The notes under the pieces were generated by a model that did no database searches, was not told the origin of the DNA, and saw nothing but the letters and a program-made list of their open reading frames with translations. Below, piece by piece: positions 39,394-47,947 of a stretch of DNA of 64,000 bases; the first letter of the stretch is position 1, and every line of letters begins with the position of its first letter. The position numbers and the translations under genes were made by a program. The stretch covers positions 1,991-65,990 of the forward strand of contig JACQCQ010000009.1 in the NCBI GenBank assembly GCA_016201505.1, read 5' to 3'. The DNA is from Candidatus Sungiibacteriota bacterium. Lineage in GTDB: Bacteria; Patescibacteriota; Minisyncoccia; Sungbacterales; JACQCQ01.

Positions 39394-39510
39394 CACAGCC
39401 GACACGACCGATAGCAAACTATAGGGAGATATAGGTCGGTTGTGTCGATGGGCCAGAGTTTCAAATTTGATGCTAAGACGGTATGCTGACGGAGCGCCGA
39501 GATGGCGGAA

Positions 39511-39620
39511 CCCAGCACCAAATTCCGAGATGAGAAAAACTTTCATATTGCCCGTGGTCATGTCTTTAATTCATCCTGATCTGATTTGCGGATAAATTTG
39601 TAGAATTGATGCTGGGCGAG
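39511..39620 (+). mobile_element. Hairpin insertion element in the D-loop of the outer tRNA
   Basis: CCCAGCACCAAATTC...GAATTGATGCTGGG-CGAG. Confidence 0.75.
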
Positions 39621-39628
39621 CTGGTATA

Positions 39629-39737
39629 TCTACCCCGTACCAATGCCTCTGTGGCGGAACTGGAATACGCGCGCGGCTTAGAACCGCGTGGGGAAACCCT
39701 TACAGGTTCAAATCCTGTCAGAGGCATTGGTACGGGG
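39629..39737 (-). mobile_element. Hairpin insertion element carrying tRNA-Leu(TAG)
   Basis: TCTA-CCCCGTACCAAT...ATTGGTACGGGG perfect inverted repeat continuous with the tRNA acceptor stem. Confidence 0.8.
39645..39726 (+). tRNA. tRNA-Leu(TAG), nested
   Basis: Full cloverleaf, CGCGG-CTTAGAA-CCGCG, long variable arm. Confidence 0.95.
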
Positions 39738-39853
39738 CGCGTACGGCCTGTAACCATATCCCGAAGGTCTTGAGGGTTCGACTCCCTCTCTCGACACAAA
39801 CTAAAGTGCCATTGGCTATTTGCGAGTTGCGGTTGGCTTAGTAAACTAAAAAT

Positions 39854-40315
39854 ATGGCAGACGAAAAAATATTTCCCAAATCAGAAAACGAAGTTTTCTC
39901 GCGTCACGAGGCGCGCAATCGCGCGATTGCCAAAAAGATCGCCGATTTGAAGTCAGAAAAATTCACGCGGCTGGATCGTGTGGCGTTATGGGTCAATCGC
40001 GCTATCGGCTCCTTCCGTTTTTTTATACTGCTGGCGCTGTGGACTGGCGGCTGGCTTTTATGGAACGCTTTCGCGCCGCCAGAATTTCGTTTTGATCCGT
40101 ATCCGGCATTTGTGCTTTGGCTTTTTATTTCCAATATGATTCAGCTGTTGTTCCTGCCGCTTTTGATGGTCGGCCAGGATTTGCAGGGGCGGCACGCCGA
40201 GCTCCGGGCTGAAATCGATTTTGAAATCAATCGGAGAGCCGAAGAAGAACTGCATGAAGTCTTGCGCCGGCTTGAACTGCAGCAAAGAGAAATTAAGCAG
40301 ATTCTCAAACAATAA
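39854..40315 (+). CDS. DUF1003 membrane protein
   Basis: FDPYP, PLLMVGQ, AEIDFEIN. Confidence 0.88.
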   Translation: MADEKIFPKSENEVFSRHEARNRAIAKKIADLKSEKFTRLDRVALWVNRAIGSFRFFILLALWTGGWLLWNAFAPPEFRFDPYPAFVLWLFISNMIQLLFLPLLMVGQDLQGRHAELRAEIDFEINRRAEEELHEVLRRLELQQREIKQILKQ

Positions 40316-40378
40316 TCGAGTTGCGAAAGAAAGAACTTCGCGATACTATTTGTCAGGCATTAAAAATTATGAAATAGT

Positions 40379-40450
40379 GCCGGAGTAGCTCATCGGTAGA
40401 GCAGCACCATGGTAGGGTGTTGGCAGCGGGTTCAATTCCCGCCTCCGGCT
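40379..40450 (+). tRNA. tRNA-Thr(GGT)
   Basis: Cloverleaf; GCACC-ATGGTAG-GGTGT; precedes rpmG. Confidence 0.92.
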
Positions 40451-40495
40451 CCGTAGATTAGAAATTAAGCGATAGGAATTAGAAATTTAGTTGAT

Positions 40496-40657
40496 ATGCC
40501 CCAAGATAATCTTATTAGATTTCAGTGTTCACAATGTAAGCGCTATAACTATTGGGCGCATAAAAATGTTCGCAAAGTCGAACGCAAATTAGAGTTCAAA
40601 AAATTTTGTAAGTGGTGCCGGAAACACACGAAGCATACGCAGGCGAGGAAAACTTAA
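40496..40657 (+). CDS. rpmG: 50S ribosomal protein L33 (Zn-binding type), absent from the ORF track
   Basis: MPQDNLIRFQCSQCKRYNY...KLEFKKFCKWCRKHTKH, 53 aa. Confidence 0.95.
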   Translation: MPQDNLIRFQCSQCKRYNYWAHKNVRKVERKLEFKKFCKWCRKHTKHTQARKT

Positions 40658-40708
40658 TCCTTAAGGATTAAGTTTTGCAAATAGCCTGCGGCTGATAGTA
40701 TGTAGCTA

Positions 40709-41062
40709 ATGTTTCGGTTTGAAAATTTGGAGATTTGGAATTTTGCGATCGGATTCGCAAAATCAATCTATGGAGTTACTGAGAAGTTCCCGCAAATTGA
40801 ACAATTCACTCTTGGTGACCAATTGAGACGTGCATCGGTCTCGGTATCGGCTAATATTGCTGAAGGCAGTGGAAGTTCGACCAATAAAGATTTCCAAAAT
40901 TTTTTGTCCATTGCCGCCAAATCTTTATTTGAAGTTGTCAGTTTATTGAAAATTGCTGAGCAAAATGGCTATATGAGTGAATCAGAGTATAACGATACAT
41001 ATCAGACAGCCGAAAACCTTGCGAAGAAAATCTACGCTTTCAGGAACGCTATCAGCAATTAG
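40709..41062 (+). CDS. Four-helix-bundle protein (23S rRNA IVP / bAvd-like family)
   Basis: FENLEIW, QLRRASVSVSANIAEG. Confidence 0.92.
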   Translation: MFRFENLEIWNFAIGFAKSIYGVTEKFPQIEQFTLGDQLRRASVSVSANIAEGSGSSTNKDFQNFLSIAAKSLFEVVSLLKIAEQNGYMSESEYNDTYQTAENLAKKIYAFRNAISN

Positions 41063-41085
41063 CTATAAGCCATTTGCATAAGCAT

Positions 41086-41156
41086 GGGGAATTGGTGAAG
41101 TGGTATCACAAGGGCCTCCAAATCCCTTGTCGGGGGTTCGATTCCCTCATTCCCCG
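41086..41156 (+). tRNA. tRNA-Trp(CCA)
   Basis: Cloverleaf with CTCCAAA loop; one anticodon-stem mismatch. Confidence 0.9.
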
Positions 41157-41176
41157 CAGGATTTGACCTACGTAGG

Positions 41177-42148
41177 CTACTGGTTCACGATCAGGGCCTC
41201 GCGATCATGCTGGTCCAGGAAATTGGCCATGGCATCGGCGACTGCCTTTCTTGCGGGCGACATATCGGCGGTAATCGGCGAGGGGATGAGACCGTGCGCG
41301 GCATTTTTTACCAGCCTGAACTCGGTCGGAACACCAACTTTTTCTAACGCATTGAACAGGTTTTGAGATTCAGACCAGGGCACGGTCGAATCTTTATCGC
41401 CATGAAAGAAGGCGATCGCGGGGCTTTGCGGCCCAACATACGAAATGGGACTTGCCTGTTGTAATGTCGGAATAGCGGCGGGGTCGCCAGTTCGGTAGCC
41501 AAAAACTCTAGGCATGGGGTCGTCGTTTTGGTTGTGGAAAAAATATGATTGAGTCAGATCAGTTGGGCCGAAGTAGCTGACGACGGCTTTGACTTGGCTT
41601 GAGACGCCCGCGTATCCACCGTTTCCCTCAAGCCCCGCCTCGGGCCCCGCGAGGCCGAGCATCAACGCAATATGCGCGCCGGCGCTCGCGCCAAAAACGG
41701 CGATACGATTAGGGTCGATGCCATATGATGCGGCATTGGCGCGGATATGGCGCACCGCGCATTTGGCATCTTCCATAAATGCCGGCCATTTGTTCTCCGG
41801 CGCCAGCCGATAATTGATTGCGGCTACAAAATATCCGCGCTCGATCAGGACTGCTTTTTCAGGCAAGAGATCAATGGCCAGTTTATCGCCCGTCCGCCAG
41901 CCGCCGCCATGAATAAAAATGACGACGGGCTTTAGTGCTTTTGACCCATCGAGCGGCGTGTAGGTATCCATCTTGAGATCCTGTCCGCCGCCGGTGCAGT
42001 AGACGATGTTATAGGTTGATTTAATACGGCCGCCGCCCGCCACAGGCAGTTTTCGCCAAACCCAAAATGAGGCCAGAGCTAAGCCGATGATGAAAAGAAT
42101 CAGCGCCGAAAACATCAAGCTGTGAGATTTAAAATATTCGCCGGTCAT
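41177..42148 (-). CDS. Alpha/beta hydrolase (HSL-like esterase)
   Basis: HGGGW, GASAG, HGDKD, AAHG. Confidence 0.92.
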   Translation of the reverse strand: MTGEYFKSHSLMFSALILFIIGLALASFWVWRKLPVAGGGRIKSTYNIVYCTGGGQDLKMDTYTPLDGSKALKPVVIFIHGGGWRTGDKLAIDLLPEKAVLIERGYFVAAINYRLAPENKWPAFMEDAKCAVRHIRANAASYGIDPNRIAVFGASAGAHIALMLGLAGPEAGLEGNGGYAGVSSQVKAVVSYFGPTDLTQSYFFHNQNDDPMPRVFGYRTGDPAAIPTLQQASPISYVGPQSPAIAFFHGDKDSTVPWSESQNLFNALEKVGVPTEFRLVKNAAHGLIPSPITADMSPARKAVADAMANFLDQHDREALIVNQ

Positions 42149-42290
42149 ATCTATCTAAAATGGTGGCGGGGGAGCGGCGAGGTGTCAACCCGTTTTGCTT
42201 CATCAGCCGATAGAAAATAGGCAGTTGCCATTTTTTACTCCGGAGTTATACTAGAAATCGTCGAAATTAATATTAATATTGTTCTCATCT

Positions 42291-42731
42291 ATGGATAAAG
42301 CAAAAATCATATCAGCTGTTTCACTTGGCGCTTTGCTCTTGGGTATAGTGCCGGCACTCGCCCAAACAGGAACCACGACACCGCCCACAAATTCAGCAGC
42401 GATCGCCTGCCTTGCGGCGGCTGTCAGCACTCGTGAAAAAGCACTTGGCGCCGGAGTCGGCACCTATACCGGAGCGATCAACGCCGCCTACACGGCGCGC
42501 GCCTCGGCACTCGCCTCGGCCTATGCCCAAACCGGAGGCAATACTGCCATCCGCACGGCGGTGCGTGCCGCCTGGAGCGCCTTCAATAAATCCATGCGCA
42601 GCGCCCGCCAGACCTGGAATTCTACGCGTCTTTCGGCCTGGTCCCAATTCCGCACGGCCGCCAAAGCCTGCAGAGCGCCATCGTCGGTCAGCGACTCGGC
42701 GAATGCGGCCAGCGAAGTCTCGGGTCAGTAA
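42291..42731 (+). CDS. Secreted Ala-rich helical hypothetical protein
   Basis: Signal peptide, two Cys, downstream terminator. Confidence 0.7.
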   Translation: MDKAKIISAVSLGALLLGIVPALAQTGTTTPPTNSAAIACLAAAVSTREKALGAGVGTYTGAINAAYTARASALASAYAQTGGNTAIRTAVRAAWSAFNKSMRSARQTWNSTRLSAWSQFRTAAKACRAPSSVSDSANAASEVSGQ

Positions 42732-42810
42732 AGTTAAATCCAACCAAAACAAAAGCGGCATTCCAGCGCCGCTTTTGTTTTGGTCGGCTTCGGGGTAAGG
42801 TGGAAAAATC

Positions 42811-43908
42811 ATGGAATCGGAGTTCGGCCATCCCAAAACCCCGCCTCGTGCGCCGCTTTTTTGGTTTTGGGTTATAACCAGCGCCATGGGCGTAATTTTG
42901 ATGCTGGGGTTTGGCTGGCTCGTCTACGAAGTTTATCTGCCACACACGTCATTTTTCGGCGAGAAGAAAATTGTGATACCGGCAAGTTACGGCTCACGCC
43001 TGATCGGCGATCTTTTAAAACAAGGAGGTTTTATCGGCTCTAAATGGGCTTTTGTAACCTATGCCACGTTTAAAAATCAAGCTTCAAGTTTAAAGCCGGG
43101 GACATACTCTTTCTCGGAAAACTCGACAATGATTGAGATTTTGCATAATCTCGTCGTCGGCGAGCCGTATGCCAACGAGCGCTTTGTCGTTATTCCCGAG
43201 GGCTGGAATCTTGGCGACATCGGCCATTATTTAGAGACAGAGAATATTGTCGCATCCAAAGAATTTTGGCGCGTCGCCGGATATCCCGCCAAGGATTACA
43301 CTTTTGCGCTGGCCTCATCCAGACCAGAAGATTTTAGCCGAGACTTTCCCTTCCTGGTTGGTAAAAATAATGGCACGGGACTCGAGGGCTACTTGTTTCC
43401 CGATACCTATCGCGTCTATCGGAACGCCACGGCTGAAGATATTGCCAAAAAAATGCTGGCCAATTTTAAAACCAAGGTGATTGGCGCCTACGGCGATGAA
43501 GTCTTGGGCCAAAATAAAAAACTGGCCGATATTATTACGGTTGCCTCATTAGTTGAAAAAGAAGTCAGGCAAGACAATGACCGTGCGGTTGTGGCGGGAA
43601 TATTATGGAAACGGCTTAGCGCAGGCTTGCCTCTGCAAGTCGACGCAAGCTTAATTTATATTCGCGGCGTAAGTGGCGCGCCGATCACCGCACGCGACAA
43701 AGAGAGCCTTTCCCGATTTAATACCTATCGCTATCCGGGCCTGCCGCTCGGCCCGATTTCGAATCCGGGAATTTCAGCCATCACCGCGGCACTGCATCCG
43801 AACAATTCGCCCTATCTCTATTATCTTTCCGCGCCCGACGGAACGACGATATTTTCCAAGACTCTAGCCGAGCATAATGCGGCCAAAGCGAAGTTTCTCG
43901 GCAAATAG
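42811..43908 (+). CDS. mltG: Endolytic transglycosylase MltG
   Basis: LEGYLFPDTY, ASLVEKE, LQVDAS, NTY..PGLP.GPI.NPG. Confidence 0.95.
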   Translation: MESEFGHPKTPPRAPLFWFWVITSAMGVILMLGFGWLVYEVYLPHTSFFGEKKIVIPASYGSRLIGDLLKQGGFIGSKWAFVTYATFKNQASSLKPGTYSFSENSTMIEILHNLVVGEPYANERFVVIPEGWNLGDIGHYLETENIVASKEFWRVAGYPAKDYTFALASSRPEDFSRDFPFLVGKNNGTGLEGYLFPDTYRVYRNATAEDIAKKMLANFKTKVIGAYGDEVLGQNKKLADIITVASLVEKEVRQDNDRAVVAGILWKRLSAGLPLQVDASLIYIRGVSGAPITARDKESLSRFNTYRYPGLPLGPISNPGISAITAALHPNNSPYLYYLSAPDGTTIFSKTLAEHNAAKAKFLGK

Positions 43909-44091
43909 CAAAAAGCCAATAGCCAATAGTTTTGAACCGAAAATCCTTCCGCCTCGGCGGAAGGATTTTCGGTTTTCCTGCTCAGTTTAAGTGAGCCGCT
44001 TCTAAATTTTTTATCGGGTTGGCCGTGGGGACATTTTAGCCCGAAGGCTTTCAGAATAGGGGCGTAAAAAATTTGAAGACGCGAGTGCTCT

Positions 44092-44499
44092 CTACATACC
44101 TGACGACATAGGCATTGAAGCCATGGCGGGCTTTTTCATGGCCGCCCAGAGCGCCCAGGCGCCGACAACCAAGTGCAGAAAGGTGTCTGCCGGATTCTCA
44201 AGGTTGGCACCTAAGAAGTTGCTTGAGTAGACGAGGCTATAAAGGCCTACGAGTACGCCGATGACGCCAAGCAATAGCACTAATGGCTTTTGCAGTGATG
44301 CGGGAAAGGCGAATGCCGCAATCAGGCCCACGACTCCCAAGACCAAGTGCGCCCAGTTTTCTCCGTTATCAAACCACCAGGTAGCGCCGAAGATGCTCCC
44401 ATCAGGCGAGGGGCCGATAACGCCCATAAAACCAAGGATGGCGACCAGGACGAGCACAATACCGCCGATAGTTAGAAATCCTTTTGGAGTTAAGATCAT
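44092..44499 (-). CDS. DUF4383-like membrane protein
   Basis: NWAHLVLG and DTFLHLVVG. Confidence 0.65.
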   Translation of the reverse strand: MILTPKGFLTIGGIVLVLVAILGFMGVIGPSPDGSIFGATWWFDNGENWAHLVLGVVGLIAAFAFPASLQKPLVLLLGVIGVLVGLYSLVYSSNFLGANLENPADTFLHLVVGAWALWAAMKKPAMASMPMSSGM

Positions 44500-44506
44500 T
44501 TAGAAT

Positions 44507-44570
44507 GACTACCGACTACCGCCCACAGTCTACGGCACTAGGCGTAGTCTGTAGTCAGTCGACTGTAGAC
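44507..44570. repeat. Heptamer hairpin repeat
   Basis: gactaccgactac...gtctacggc/gcgtagtctgtagtc...gtagac. Confidence 0.7.
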
Positions 44571-44599
44571 ATTATAAAAAAACGAGCTCGACCTTTTAA

Positions 44600-44663
44600 C
44601 CCCGTTAGAAAAATACCTTGTGCTTCAGCTTAAAACTTAAATGCGAAGCTCTAACGGGGTGAA
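44600..44663 (+). mobile_element. CCCGTTAGA-type element
   Basis: TTAA-CCCCGTTAGA...TCTAACGGGG-TGAA. Confidence 0.8.
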
Positions 44664-44796
44664 CTGAACTTTAGTATAGCATTGTCGTTTATAGGCTCAA
44701 GAGTTTTAGCGGTTTATTTTTCGACGCGATTATTGACATATGCATATTTATATGATATAAGACATGAAGATTTGATCATTCTAGTTTCTTGGGGGT

Positions 44797-45129
44797 GTGT
44801 CCATGGGATTCGTCCTCGTCTCCATCGCACTCGTCGTTCTCGCTCTCGGCATCATCTACTACCTCCGCCAGCCGAAGCCCGAGCCGCCCTCCCCCGCCGT
44901 GACGAGCCTGGCGCCTATCCGTCTCGCGAAGACCGATGCGGTCGGGCAGCTCAACGGGCACCCGACGGGCGCCCGGCGCGGCGACCTGAAGGGTCAGCTC
45001 GTCGCCTTCCGTGCTTCGCGCGGAAGGCGCGCCTTCGGCGTCGTGGAGCGCGGCCGGTACCGGCTCCGCGTCCGTCAGCCGGACGGTTCTCGTCGCCACC
45101 CCTGGCGGCGGGACGTCACCGTCGTCTAG
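44797..45129 (+). CDS. Hypothetical membrane-anchored GC-rich protein
   Basis: N-terminal TM; downstream terminator. Confidence 0.55.
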   Translation: MSMGFVLVSIALVVLALGIIYYLRQPKPEPPSPAVTSLAPIRLAKTDAVGQLNGHPTGARRGDLKGQLVAFRASRGRRAFGVVERGRYRLRVRQPDGSRRHPWRRDVTVV

Positions 45130-45229
45130 TTTCGTCCCCATGCGGGGCGGCGCGTAACGCGCCGCCCCGCTCTTCATTTTCGCCCGATTGTTGACAGGCG
45201 GTTATCGCCTTCCTATACTTCTCATGCAA

Positions 45230-45400
45230 TCGCTTCAGAGACAGCAGGCAGGCTAGGTAATAGAAAATAGGCAATGGGGAATAGCGGTAACTGCGTACCC
45301 ATTGCCTGTTCCCCAGTCCCTATTCCCTAGCCGTAAGTCCCGCCGAGAGGCATATTCTCTTCCCTTCTTAGGGAATCTCTGTGGCCCTTGGGGTCATTTT
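45230..45400 (+). promoter_or_regulatory. Ribosomal protein L10 leader with an inserted heptamer hairpin
   Basis: AGAGACAGCAGG...TAAGTCCCGCCGAG resembles the L10-leader core; upstream of rplJ. Confidence 0.75.
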
Positions 45401-45409
45401 ATTGTAAAA

Positions 45410-45478
45410 GTCTACAGTCTACTGGCTACAGACTACGGCGCATTGAAGCTGTAGTCGGTAGACGGTAGTCGGTAGCCA
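45410..45478. repeat. Heptamer hairpin repeat before rplJ
   Basis: Nearly identical to 46010-46078. Confidence 0.85.
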
Positions 45479-45483
45479 AAGCA

Positions 45484-46005
45484 GTGTTAACCAAAGTCGA
45501 AAAAGGAAAAATTGTGGAGGAGTTAAAAGAAAAGATTGCCAAACAACGTGTGGCGATTTTCTCCAACTTCCATGGCTTGTCGGTAACGAAACAGCAAGAA
45601 CTGCGGCGCAGCCTTAAAAAAGAAAATGCCGAATACAAGGTGGCGAAAAAAACGCTGATCAGCCGGGCCTTTGAATCCGCTAAAATTCCCTTTGTGCATA
45701 AAGATTTTAAGGGAGAACTGTCCGTCATTTTTGGATACGGCGATGAGGCGAGTCCGGCGAAGTCGCTTTTTAAATTTGGCAGAAAAAATCCTGATGCCAT
45801 CTCCATCGTAGGCGGCATTTTGGGTTCACGCGCGCTTTCCAAAGATGAAGTCGTTTCGCTCGCAAAATTGCCGTCGCGAGAGGAACTCTTGGGCCAAGTG
45901 GCCCGTGCAATTTCCGCTCCGATCCGGGGGTTCCTGAACGTACTAAACGGTAATCAGCGAAAGCTCGTTCTTGCACTTTCGGAAATTGCCAGAAAGAAAT
46001 CATAA
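45484..46005 (+). CDS. rplJ: 50S ribosomal protein L10
   Basis: LRR.L...YKVAKKTL, LAKLPSREEL. Confidence 0.96.
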   Translation: MLTKVEKGKIVEELKEKIAKQRVAIFSNFHGLSVTKQQELRRSLKKENAEYKVAKKTLISRAFESAKIPFVHKDFKGELSVIFGYGDEASPAKSLFKFGRKNPDAISIVGGILGSRALSKDEVVSLAKLPSREELLGQVARAISAPIRGFLNVLNGNQRKLVLALSEIARKKS

Positions 46006-46009
46006 AATA

Positions 46010-46078
46010 GTTTACAGTCTACTGGCTACAGACTACGGCATATTGAAGCGGTAGTCGGCGGACGGTAGTCAGTAGTCA
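46010..46078. repeat. Heptamer hairpin repeat before rplL
   Basis: Nearly identical to 45410-45478. Confidence 0.85.
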
Positions 46079-46085
46079 TAAATCA

Positions 46086-46457
46086 ATGAAAGACATATTA
46101 GAAAAAATTGAGAAGATGACGGCGCTTGAATTATCGGAACTGGTGAAAGCGCTGGAAGAAAAATTCGGCGTCTCGGCTTCGATGCCGATGATGGCGGCCG
46201 CGGCTCCTGCGGGTGAAGAAGATGAGAGTCCGGCCAAAGAAGAAAAATCCACCTTCACGGTTGAACTAAAATCAGCTGGCGGTCAGAAGATCGCCGTCAT
46301 TAAAGCGCTTCGCGAGATCATGGGGCTGGGACTCGCCGAAGCCAAAGGCGTGGCCGATGCCGCGCCGAAAGTTGTGAAAGAAGGCGTAGCCAAAGCCGAG
46401 GCCGAGGAAATAAAGAAGAAGCTGGAAGAGGCCGGCGCGACTGTGGAACTAAAATAG
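46086..46457 (+). CDS. rplL: 50S ribosomal protein L7/L12
   Basis: [23 protein letters not shown]. Confidence 0.98.
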   Translation: MKDILEKIEKMTALELSELVKALEEKFGVSASMPMMAAAAPAGEEDESPAKEEKSTFTVELKSAGGQKIAVIKALREIMGLGLAEAKGVADAAPKVVKEGVAKAEAEEIKKKLEEAGATVELK

Positions 46458-46725
46458 TGCCGCGGGTATATCTTTCTTCGACTCGCGCGGAAATCCCAGC
46501 GAGATTTTCGCGCTCAGCGCTCGCCTCACTCGTCCCTCGATTTTACTCGGGACACTATACTCGCTCGGCTCGCGATGGTCTCAGAAAGATATACCCCGTG
46601 TCGCACCGAGGAAGAAAAAGGAACAATACCAAAAAGCACCCTCGATGGGTGCGTTTTGGTAAGCAGGATAAAAAATTTGGCGCATGGGGTCTTCCCCCAT
46701 GCGCCTCTGGTCGCCGACTCCTTTC

Positions 46726-46884
46726 CTAGGCGGCCTTCGGCCGCAGATCTCGCCGAAGGAGCTCCCTTTCGAGCGGTTCGAGCTCCTCGTCGAACGCCTT
46801 CTCGAATTGCTTCAGGCTCATCTCGTCGATCCGGCCAGTGTCCAGGATGGAAAACCCATCTCCGGGATTGTCCATGATCTCCAT
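46726..46884 (-). CDS. Small acidic hypothetical protein (52 aa), absent from the ORF track
   Basis: GAGGAGG SD then MEIMDNPGDGFSILDTGRIDEMSLKQFEKAFDEE. Confidence 0.45.
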   Translation of the reverse strand: MEIMDNPGDGFSILDTGRIDEMSLKQFEKAFDEELEPLERELLRRDLRPKAA

Positions 46885-47009
46885 GTGCCGGCCTCCTCTG
46901 GGTCAGTAACTCATTCAATATACCGACAGAAATAGCTTGTCAATTTCAGGTTTAAATCGAGCCTATCCAGCCTTGCGCGCTCGGGACGTTGGCATATAGT
47001 GAAGATGCT

Positions 47010-47645
47010 ATGGAACTTGTCTTAGAAAAACTTTTCGAGTCGAAGGCAAAAGTCAGAATTTTGCGCTTATTTTTAAGGAATCCGGCCAGTCATTTTTCGC
47101 TCGATCAAGTCTCGCGTCTGGTGGGATTGAAAGAAGAAGAAACGGCAAAAGAAATTTCAAAATTTTTGCAGCTTGGCATTTTAAAATGGCGCACGACGCA
47201 AGTCGTCGTTTCGGAACTTTCCGGCAAAGGCAAAATGAAAAAATTGCGCATGCGCCAAAAAACGGTCAGAGTTTTTATCGCCGATGAGAACTTTTATTTT
47301 TTCAAGGAACTGCAGGCCTTAATTCTGCGCCAGGTGCCGGAGTCGCGTCATCGGCTGGTTTCAAAAATCAAAAAACTGGGCCGCGTGAAGCTGGCCATCG
47401 CGACCGGCGCTTTCGTCAATAATGATTCGGCGCGGGTTGATCTTTTAATCGTGGGTGACTCTATCAATCGCCGCAGGCTCGAGAACATGCTGCATACCTG
47501 GGAGGCCAACGCCGGCAAAGAACTGACTTATGCCCTGATGACGACTGAAGAGTTTAAATATCGCGTGGATATGTTTGACCGGTTTACCCGCGACATTCTT
47601 GAAACTTCGCATGATAAGTTGATCAATGCGCTGAATGTGAGTTAG
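47010..47645 (+). CDS. CPR-conserved wHTH plus nucleotidyltransferase-like protein
   Basis: LFESKAKVRILRLFLRNP; G-x-F...VDLLIVGD. Confidence 0.7.
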   Translation: MELVLEKLFESKAKVRILRLFLRNPASHFSLDQVSRLVGLKEEETAKEISKFLQLGILKWRTTQVVVSELSGKGKMKKLRMRQKTVRVFIADENFYFFKELQALILRQVPESRHRLVSKIKKLGRVKLAIATGAFVNNDSARVDLLIVGDSINRRRLENMLHTWEANAGKELTYALMTTEEFKYRVDMFDRFTRDILETSHDKLINALNVS

Positions 47646-47761
47646 GAAATGGGAAATTGGAAATAGTGAATAGACGCTTGAACCAAAAAGTCGCCTCGAC
47701 TTCCGCCAGCCGGCGGATCGCGGACGATTTTTTGCTACTATCACTTCGTGACAGATCATCT

Positions 47762-47795
47762 GCGCGCATAGCTTGGTGGCAGAGCGTTCGATTTC
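47762..47795 (+). pseudogene. Orphan tRNA 5-prime half
   Basis: GCGCGCA-TA-GCTT-GGTGGCA-GAGC-G-TTCGA; no matching 3-prime half seen. Confidence 0.55.
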
Positions 47796-47831
47796 GCGGA
47801 CACTTAGTTCAGTGGTAGAACGTCGCATTCA

Positions 47832-47947
47832 TTCATCCCATTAGATTTCCTGGGTGATTAGCTCAGTGGCAGAGCGTTGCATTCACATTGCAAAGGCCAC
47901 AGGTTCGATACCTGTATCACCCACTCAAATAAATCTAACGGGACAAG
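47832..47947. mobile_element. CCCGTTAGA-type element carrying tRNA-Val(CAC)
   Basis: TTCA-TCCCATTAGATTT...AAATCTAACGGGA-CAAG. Confidence 0.85.
47852..47923 (+). tRNA. tRNA-Val(CAC), nested
   Basis: Full cloverleaf; TTGCA-TTCACAT-TGCAA. Confidence 0.95.

Larger units (their letters stand above)
39496..39796 (+). pseudogene. Interrupted, degenerate tRNA-Leu-type gene split by two insertions
   Basis: 39496-39510 + 39621-39628 + 39738-39796 join into a class II cloverleaf with mismatches. Confidence 0.8.

Noticed and set aside
40709-41062. Diversity-generating retroelement accessory gene
   Set aside because: No reverse transcriptase or template/variable repeat pair is visible in the window.
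47832-47947. Group I or II intron in the tRNA anticodon loop
   Set aside because: Too short, no catalytic core motifs visible, the interior is a tRNA, and the outer tRNA has mismatches. Protein-assisted excision is not excluded.
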